Positions 14,839 to 20,000 of a DNA stretch of 20,000 nucleotides are shown here, one piece after another; position 1 is the stretch's first letter; each line of letters starts with the position of its first letter. The position numbers were made by a program, and so were the translations under genes. Source of the DNA: an uncultured virus (IMG/VR IMGVR_UViG_3300031673_000018) (taxonomy: Duplodnaviria; Heunggongvirae; Uroviricota; Caudoviricetes); the IMG/VR virus record IMGVR_UViG_3300031673_000018; one strand, 5' to 3'. Under the pieces are notes generated by a model. That model was not told the origin of the DNA. It saw only the letters and a program-made list of their open reading frames with translations, and ran no database searches.

Positions 14839-15480
14839 TTAGTGATCAACCTCATAGATGATTTTAGGTATAGATATGTTACCGTCATTTTTGGGGCGTT
14901 TTTTAGTAACCTTTTGGATATACATAACCTGTTTATGTTCTTTACATATTGGGGTCTTACGTTTAGCCTTTAAATCTCTTATCCTCATAGTAACATGGTT
15001 CTTACATAGTGTGCATTTAAACGATATTGTGTAATTGAATTTAGAGTTAAATTTTAGGTTGTTTAAGGTTAAGGGGGGGGATTCTCGTTTCTTTATCCGT
15101 CTAACCCTGATTTTCGCTCTAATTCGATAAGCGAATTGGGATCGCTGTATTGCACAATTTCCGATCCTTATCCTTGTAGGCGTGTATATTTTCAATATGT
15201 TTATTTCAGGTATTGTTTCGGTCTTAAACAGTGAAATAAGACCGTTTCTAGTCTCATTTATGTCATAGACGCTAAACAGTGGTTTCTTTTCCTTCATAAT
15301 CGAGTGTATCTTATCATGGTTACTAACTCGATTATTCGTTTCTTCTAACCGTGGGGGGGATACATACCCCAAATAAATCACGGTTTCGGTTAGGCTTCTA
15401 GTATCCCACACCTTTTCTCTACTTTTCCAAACATTGAAGGGTATCAATATCTGGTGTTCCGATCCTTTCATGGTTTCCAT
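14839..15480 (-). CDS. basic protein with C-terminal zinc ribbon (213 aa), AT-rich gene
   Basis: CTLC...CKEH; Lys/Arg-rich; first gene of the leftward arm. Confidence 0.7.
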   Translation of the reverse strand: METMKGSEHQILIPFNVWKSREKVWDTRSLTETVIYLGYVSPPRLEETNNRVSNHDKIHSIMKEKKPLFSVYDINETRNGLISLFKTETIPEINILKIYTPTRIRIGNCAIQRSQFAYRIRAKIRVRRIKKRESPPLTLNNLKFNSKFNYTISFKCTLCKNHVTMRIRDLKAKRKTPICKEHKQVMYIQKVTKKRPKNDGNISIPKIIYEVDH

Positions 15481-15838
15481 ATTAACCGGCTTAACTCACG
15501 GGAAAACGGTTATAATAATTATGTATCTCAGGGATTATCTAATAACACCCCTTATCCTAAAACAGCCAAATATAGGGGTTAGTACAGACAATATAAACAG
15601 ATATACACATATCCAAGTAACATATTTATCCGGGGTAATACATCATAGATCATAGATAAGTCACTGTATACAAAAACAGCCGGAACAACCGGAACACCGG
15701 AATAAACAAGCTAAACAGAACACCACTACATAACACCAATACCTAACCATCTACCCTAACCCATCAACATAACTCAACAACCAAACAACCAAACACACCC
15801 CAAAAACCCACCCCTTATCCGAACCACTGTTATGGAGC

Positions 15839-15978
15839 TATGTTCTGTATCTGTGTTCGGTAACTGTGTTCCTTAATCGTGTTGACATAGAGCAGTGATA
15901 CGGAACCAAATTACGGAGCCAGGATACGGAACCACGGTAGGGAACCACGATAGGGAACCACGATAGGGAACACAGTTA
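15839..15978. repeat. 13-bp iteron-like repeats (6 tandem copies plus inverted copies)
   Basis: TACGGAACCAAAT/TACGGAGCCAGGA/TACGGAACCACGG/TAGGGAACCACGA x2/TAGGGAACACAGT at 15899-15976; inverted TAACTGTGTTCC at 15861-15872. Confidence 0.8.
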
Positions 15979-16018
15979 GGTATCTATCCTCTATTTTGCG
16001 TGCCGACATATCGTTGTT

Positions 16019-16125
16019 CATCAATACGTCACCCCGGTTGATTCATCGACGCCCATCAATACGTCAGAAACGGGATATTTACACATCAATATCTCAGCTC
16101 CATATTCACGCCCATCAATATATTC
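16019..16125 (+). repeat. CATCAATA repeat x4
   Basis: CATCAATACGTCA twice, then CATCAATATCTCA and CATCAATATATTC, spaced about 30-35 bp. Confidence 0.7.
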
Positions 16126-16777
16126 CGAAACGTTTCAAAACGTTCCATTTATTCCGTATCACCAGTACCTAACACCAATATGGAGGCCAGCTCAGTATCT
16201 AAGCTCCATAACCAGCCTACCTACGCCAGGTACCGACCACAGATACCGACCACAGATCCGTTTTTTTTCCCGGCAAAACTTTTCTACGGTCTAACATTGG
16301 GGTGTGGCGACAAGAAAATTGGAGAATATTATAGAGGCATATACTATGGTAGCTACATGAGTAGCTACGGAGGGCTTCGCCAGCCCTCGAGGGCGGCTCA
16401 GGGGCGCCTCGAGCCCTCGTCAAGGGCCCCACGCCCTCCCCTTCTGGGCCCCAGCGGGGTCATCTGGGTTCGTTCAGGTTCGTTCAGGCGCGCGTTCGGC
16501 GCGCCGCGGTGCCTCCGTTCGTCGACCGGTCGGTCGGCGCCGCCTGTCGACTGGTTGTTGGCTGGTGTACGACCCCTTGCGGTGGCGGCTTGAACGCGCT
16601 GCGCGCGCTGTACGTTGCCTGGTGAGGGTTGTGGGGGCGTTGTGGGGCGGCGGAGGTACGGGGGCGGTGCCTTGGCGCGCTGAACGTGGCGCCATGTGTG
16701 GGGGCGCCTGTACGTGGACAGTGTTTTGGTGCCGCGGACGCGGCGCATTGAAGGTGTGCATAGCTTCTGGTCATCTT

Positions 16778-16804
16778 TATGCCCCGGGGCATAGCCTTTT
16801 ATGG
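16778..16804 (+). promoter_or_regulatory. conserved promoter copy 1 with perfect palindrome TATGCCCCGGGGCATA
   Basis: GGCATAGCCTTTTATGG. Confidence 0.8.
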
Positions 16805-16824
16805 TGTTCATGGAGGTATTTGTT

Positions 16825-16900
16825 GCCCGGAGGCTTGGTGTAGGCCTGCCTCGAGGACGTCTGCGCACCGTCTAGGGGCTTGGGCCACGCATACCGGGCA
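16825..16900 (+). ncRNA. candidate structured small RNA 1 (about 76 nt)
   Basis: starts 28 nt after the first T of TTTTAT; ends pair (GCCCGG/CCGGGC); rod-like hairpin; no credible ORF. Confidence 0.55.
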
Positions 16901-16934
16901 TCTCCTCAAGGTTTCACGCAGTTTTATGCAGTTT

Positions 16935-16961
16935 TATGCCACGGGGCATAGCCTTTTATGG
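16935..16961 (+). promoter_or_regulatory. conserved promoter copy 2
   Basis: TATGCCACGGGGCATAGCCTTTTATGG. Confidence 0.8.
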
Positions 16962-16981
16962 TAGTGAATGGAATCTATACT

Positions 16982-17099
16982 GCCCCGTAGAGCCCGAAAT
17001 CTCGATCGGGGGCTGAGGAGGAGCTCGGGAACCTGCCTCGGCTAAGCGTGGAATGCCCTTCTCCCATGGGATCCCAAGGGAGCTTGGGCCCCTACGCCA
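16982..17099 (+). ncRNA. candidate structured small RNA 2 (about 118 nt)
   Basis: starts at +28; closing stems CGTAG/CTACG and GCCCGA/TTGGGC; internal hairpins GGCTGAGG/CCTCGGCT and CTCCC/GGGAG; ends in CCA. Confidence 0.55.
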
Positions 17100-17105
17100 A
17101 TGCTT

Positions 17106-17122
17106 GGCATAGACTTTTATGG
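17106..17122 (+). promoter_or_regulatory. conserved promoter copy 3
   Basis: GGCATAGACTTTTATGG. Confidence 0.8.
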
Positions 17123-17142
17123 TGTATACCGAGGCTTATGCT

Positions 17143-17340
17143 GTGTCGGTGCACATGAACTCCCTTCTCCTTGGGGACTGGACCTTCTTCGAGGCCTGGG
17201 TTGACGGGTACCAGTATGGTTTCGACGCCTCGAGGAGCGTCGACGGCTGGATTATACTGTACCAGGACCGCGTCGACGTCGACGGCAGCGTCGTGGTTGT
17301 CAGCCAGCTCGCGTGGAAGACAGGTGTGCATGGCCTGTGA
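17143..17340 (+). CDS. hypothetical protein (65 aa, leaderless GTG start)
   Basis: GTG at exactly +28 from the TATA. Confidence 0.6.
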   Translation: MSVHMNSLLLGDWTFFEAWVDGYQYGFDASRSVDGWIILYQDRVDVDGSVVVVSQLAWKTGVHGL

Positions 17341-17347
17341 GCATCTT

Positions 17348-17372
17348 TATGCCCCGAGGCATAGCTTTTAAA
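17348..17372 (+). promoter_or_regulatory. conserved promoter copy 4
   Basis: TATGCCCCGAGGCATAGCTTTTAAA. Confidence 0.7.
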
Positions 17373-17430
17373 GTATAGAGCCCGGTATACACTCATGGAT
17401 AGGAAAGAGATCCCACAGAAGAGGTGCTAG

Positions 17431-17736
17431 TTGGGAAGGTTGCTAATGGAGAGTCATGAAAAAATTATCCGCATGATAATGAAGACTAAAAGGAAAGATG
17501 CACGACGTCTTGTAATAATCCCGCCGGCTCAGCTTGAAAACATTCTTGTTTCGTTAGCGAATAACCAGAATGTTCTCGATGAGAAGTTATCGGACGTAGA
17601 GAACATAGTTTTAGAAACAATCAGAAGCTACTTCGCCTTTCAATACATGGTGAAGAAGGTATGCGATTGGGCTGCAAAGAGTATATCCATCTGGGTTGTG
17701 CTAATGTTAGTTGCTGTCATCTGGACTTTTACATAG
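17431..17736 (+). CDS. protein with C-terminal TM anchor (101 aa)
   Basis: GAGGTG RBS; hydrophobic C-terminus ISIWVVLMLVAVIWTFT. Confidence 0.65.
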   Translation: MGRLLMESHEKIIRMIMKTKRKDARRLVIIPPAQLENILVSLANNQNVLDEKLSDVENIVLETIRSYFAFQYMVKKVCDWAAKSISIWVVLMLVAVIWTFT

Positions 17737-17781
17737 TTTTTTTAAAGTTAAAGGCATAGCATCATTCCGAGGCGGTCCCGG

Positions 17782-17798
17782 GGCATAGGCTTTTATGG
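17782..17798 (+). promoter_or_regulatory. conserved promoter copy 5
   Basis: GGCATAGGCTTTTATGG. Confidence 0.8.
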
Positions 17799-17839
17799 TG
17801 TAGAACAAAGTATACACCAGAGGATTAGGAGGTGAAATA

Positions 17840-18037
17840 ATGGGAACGTGTTGTGCGGCACATCTGGCAGCCATGGTCCGTGACTGCGCTCTGGACGCAG
17901 AGAACAAAGCGGTAACAGTCAAGACCGTTGAGGACTCATTTGAACGGTTTATACCGGGATCTGGAGGCGGATACGTCTGCAAGTATTGCGGTGCGCCGGC
18001 TGAATTTGAGTTGAGTTACCACCCAAAATCTAAGTAG
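17840..18037 (+). CDS. small Cys/His protein (65 aa)
   Basis: GGAGGTGA RBS; CCAAH...CKYC. Confidence 0.75.
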   Translation: MGTCCAAHLAAMVRDCALDAENKAVTVKTVEDSFERFIPGSGGGYVCKYCGAPAEFELSYHPKSK

Positions 18038-18043
18038 CCTGGG

Positions 18044-18060
18044 GGTATACCCTTTTATGG
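18044..18060 (+). promoter_or_regulatory. conserved promoter copy 6 (tRNA promoter)
   Basis: GGTATACCCTTTTATGG. Confidence 0.75.
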
Positions 18061-18080
18061 TATACACCGAGGCTTACACT

Positions 18081-18188
18081 GTCGGGGTGGCGCAGCCGGT
18101 AGCGCGGCGGTCTTGTACCCGGTGCAACGCAATCGTAGCCTATCGAGAAAGCCGCTGGTCGAGGGTTCGACTCCCTCCCCCGACTCCA
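18081..18188 (+). tRNA. tRNA-Thr: tRNA-Thr(UGU) with 32-nt intron at 37/38 (18118-18149) and encoded CCA
   Basis: acceptor GTCGGGG/CCCCGAC; D arm GCGC/GCGC; anticodon stem GCGGT/GCCGC; loop CT-TGT-A^A; T arm GAGGG-TTCGACT-CCCTC; U73; BHB central helix CTTG/CGAG. Confidence 0.93.
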
Positions 18189-18197
18189 ATACTTCTT

Positions 18198-18214
18198 GGC
18201 ATAGGCTTTTATGG
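18198..18214 (+). promoter_or_regulatory. conserved promoter copy 7
   Basis: GGCATAGGCTTTTATGG. Confidence 0.8.
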
Positions 18215-18234
18215 TGTATACCGGAGCTTATACT

Positions 18235-18519
18235 ATGCCAAACGGTCAACAGACGCGGAAAGAAATCCATGATCTGTTATCTAAACATCTCACTACAGAG
18301 GACACCAACAAGGTCTTTGGCCTGATAAATGAGCTATTCGAAATTACCCAGCTCAGTCTCGAAGTCACCGTCAATGATCCTGGCAACGAGAACACACGTG
18401 ATACCATTGAGGGTCGGATGGTAGAGGCCCGGCTCGAGGCTCTGAAGAAGGAGTTTGGGCGTAACGATATACCGGTCAACATAGTGTGGAAATTCAGCAG
18501 TTCGTACCGAGAGGCTTGA
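18235..18519 (+). CDS. hypothetical protein (94 aa, leaderless)
   Basis: ATG at exactly +28 from the TATA. Confidence 0.7.
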   Translation: MPNGQQTRKEIHDLLSKHLTTEDTNKVFGLINELFEITQLSLEVTVNDPGNENTRDTIEGRMVEARLEALKKEFGRNDIPVNIVWKFSSSYREA

Positions 18520-18521
18520 AG

Positions 18522-18800
18522 ATGAAAGATTTTCCAGACTCTGAGACCTATGATTGCCAGGTGTCTGGTGAAATAGAGGACTTCACCGGGTATCCAAAGG
18601 ACGAAGTTGATGCCTGGTTTAAACTGTGTATAGATGATTTCCCGTTAAAGAAAGAGCAGTTGGAAATGGAAATAGCCTTGACCTGGGGGCATGATGCGGT
18701 GACCTCGGAGGTTACAGATGAAGCACTCCGGAGAATTGGGCTGGCTCACATCGAATGGTTCAAGAAATGGTTCAAACCCGAAATACGGGTGAGGCTTTAG
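18522..18800 (+). CDS. hypothetical protein (92 aa)
   Basis: ATG 2 nt after the upstream stop; GAGG RBS. Confidence 0.7.
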   Translation: MKDFPDSETYDCQVSGEIEDFTGYPKDEVDAWFKLCIDDFPLKKEQLEMEIALTWGHDAVTSEVTDEALRRIGLAHIEWFKKWFKPEIRVRL

Positions 18801-18851
18801 TGGACAATAACGCTAATTATAATAAGCTGTGTATGTTATAATTTTCATGAA

Positions 18852-20000
18852 TTGCAACAACTAATCCCTGGCGGATACTATGATCTGTTAAACGCTACAG
18901 TTACTGAGTATAACACATTATCTGGAGGATATCTTTGGACAGATAGCACTAACAAACAGAAACGCTATCAAATAATAAGTACCGACGGAGTCATCAAGGA
19001 GCTCAAGTTTAAACTTACCGGCTCTCCCGGGGCTGGAAAAAAATATACTTTTACTTTTTATCTTAATGGAAACCCTACCGCCCTCACATTTGAAATTAAG
19101 GACTTGGAGACTACTGGTGGCCTAGTGCATGATATCGATGTCACTGGCGGTGATTATGTCTGTATTGAATCTGATCCAGATAATAGTCCGACACCAAGAT
19201 ATGCTACTTGGAGTTCTATATTCGAAGGCGATAATCCAAAAGAGAGCCTCATACTTGGAGTAACACCTACTAATTTAAGCAACACCACTACCGAGTATGG
19301 TCAGCTTGCTACCAGTGCTTGTAGTTTTGGAAGCACTGAAGATGAATATCGGCAGATATGCCCAACAAATGGTACTCTTAAGAAACTTTACGTTAAACTA
19401 AGTGAAGGTCCTGGAAGCATCGCAGAGGCGTATAGATTTACTATCAGGGTAGGTAAAAATAATCCCCTGAATGGGTTGGTAGTTACTATTACAGATCCCT
19501 CGGTAACTGGAAATGATCTCGTCCACACTATAGATGTTTCTGCCGGCCAGGTCCTTACTTGGAAAATTGAACCACTCAATACGCCATCAGCTACGCCTTA
19601 TCTTTGTTGGGGATTAACCTTTGAGGCTGACATTGATGGTGAGAGCATCATGTTAGGGGGCGTATATGATCTTTTGCCTACTCTTACTACGGAATATAAT
19701 CGGCTCCAAATTGGGCTATATTCTTCAAGTTGGAATAGTACCGAAGCTGAACGTCGTCAGCTTGGGCAGAGATGTATTCTAAAAAAGCTCTATATATTGC
19801 TTGATGGTAACCCGGGGGGAGGAGCAAAATATGATCTCACAGTGAGGGCTGGCGGTCAACCCAGTAATGTAATTGCCACTATTGCAGAGGCTGCTACTAC
19901 TGGAAACTCTGGTGTTTTGGAAGATATTGTTCTAGATAATGAATATATATCCCTAGAGTGTGATCCCACGGGAATTGTTACCCCTCGTAACGCTTACTGG
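18852..20000 (+). CDS. protein with three tandem ~130-aa beta-rich (C1q/TNF/BclA-CTD-like) domains; runs off the window
   Basis: hand translation gives 383 stop-free codons from TTG at 18852; repeated T-E-Y...Q...G-x-[IL]-K-[EK]-L...L...PG...Y...TG...P...W motifs. Confidence 0.8.
   Translation, partial: MQQLIPGGYYDLLNATVTEYNTLSGGYLWTDSTNKQKRYQIISTDGVIKELKFKLTGSPGAGKKYTFTFYLNGNPTALTFEIKDLETTGGLVHDIDVTGGDYVCIESDPDNSPTPRYATWSSIFEGDNPKESLILGVTPTNLSNTTTEYGQLATSACSFGSTEDEYRQICPTNGTLKKLYVKLSEGPGSIAEAYRFTIRVGKNNPLNGLVVTITDPSVTGNDLVHTIDVSAGQVLTWKIEPLNTPSATPYLCWGLTFEADIDGESIMLGGVYDLLPTLTTEYNRLQIGLYSSSWNSTEAERRQLGQRCILKKLYILLDGNPGGGAKYDLTVRAGGQPSNVIATIAEAATTGNSGVLEDIVLDNEYISLECDPTGIVTPRNAYW

Noticed and set aside
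16180..16964. Overlapping Arg/Pro/Ala-rich ORFs on both strands
   Set aside because: Expected by chance in very GC-rich DNA; low complexity; several run across conserved promoters.
16982..17099. 5S rRNA or SRP RNA assignment for sRNA 2
   Set aside because: Length is similar to 5S, but the conserved loop C (CCGAAC) and the SRP helix 8 motif are absent.
18798..18852. Stop-codon readthrough from 18522..18800 into the triple-repeat ORF (same frame)
   Set aside because: The intervening sequence is AT-rich with a TTATAATA TATA-like box, so an independent promoter and start is more parsimonious.

Overview
The window looks like part of an archaeal virus or virus-like element genome (host inferred to be TACK/Bathyarchaeia-like). 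Evidence: GGTGA-type RBSs, TATA promoters, an intron-containing tRNA, and archaeal RHH, winged-helix and TFB-cyclin proteins. It has three parts. (1) 1-15.5 kb is a leftward array of about 50 small, mostly unknown genes, many of them Cys/His zinc-ribbon proteins. It also holds an HsdM-like methyltransferase lacking motif IV, two HNH-like paralogs, a DUF4314-like protein, a frameshifted RHH gene, a wHTH regulator and a single-cyclin mini-TFB. (2) About 15.5-16.8 kb is a gene-free switch region with strong compositional asymmetry and iteron-like repeats (origin or terminus candidate). (3) 16.8-20 kb is a rightward arm with seven copies of a conserved promoter. These precede two candidate structured ncRNAs, tRNA-Thr(UGU) and small genes, followed by a protein with three tandem jelly-roll-like domains. 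The most striking signal is a recurring minus-strand two-hairpin RNA-like element with 12 copies plus 1 tentative. Its stems covary while its loop (…AUGCG[U/A]G) is conserved. It sits at gene junctions, often just after U-tracts, and in 8 copies it sequesters the Shine-Dalgarno of the next gene. Product calls are from motif recognition by eye only; no database searches were run.
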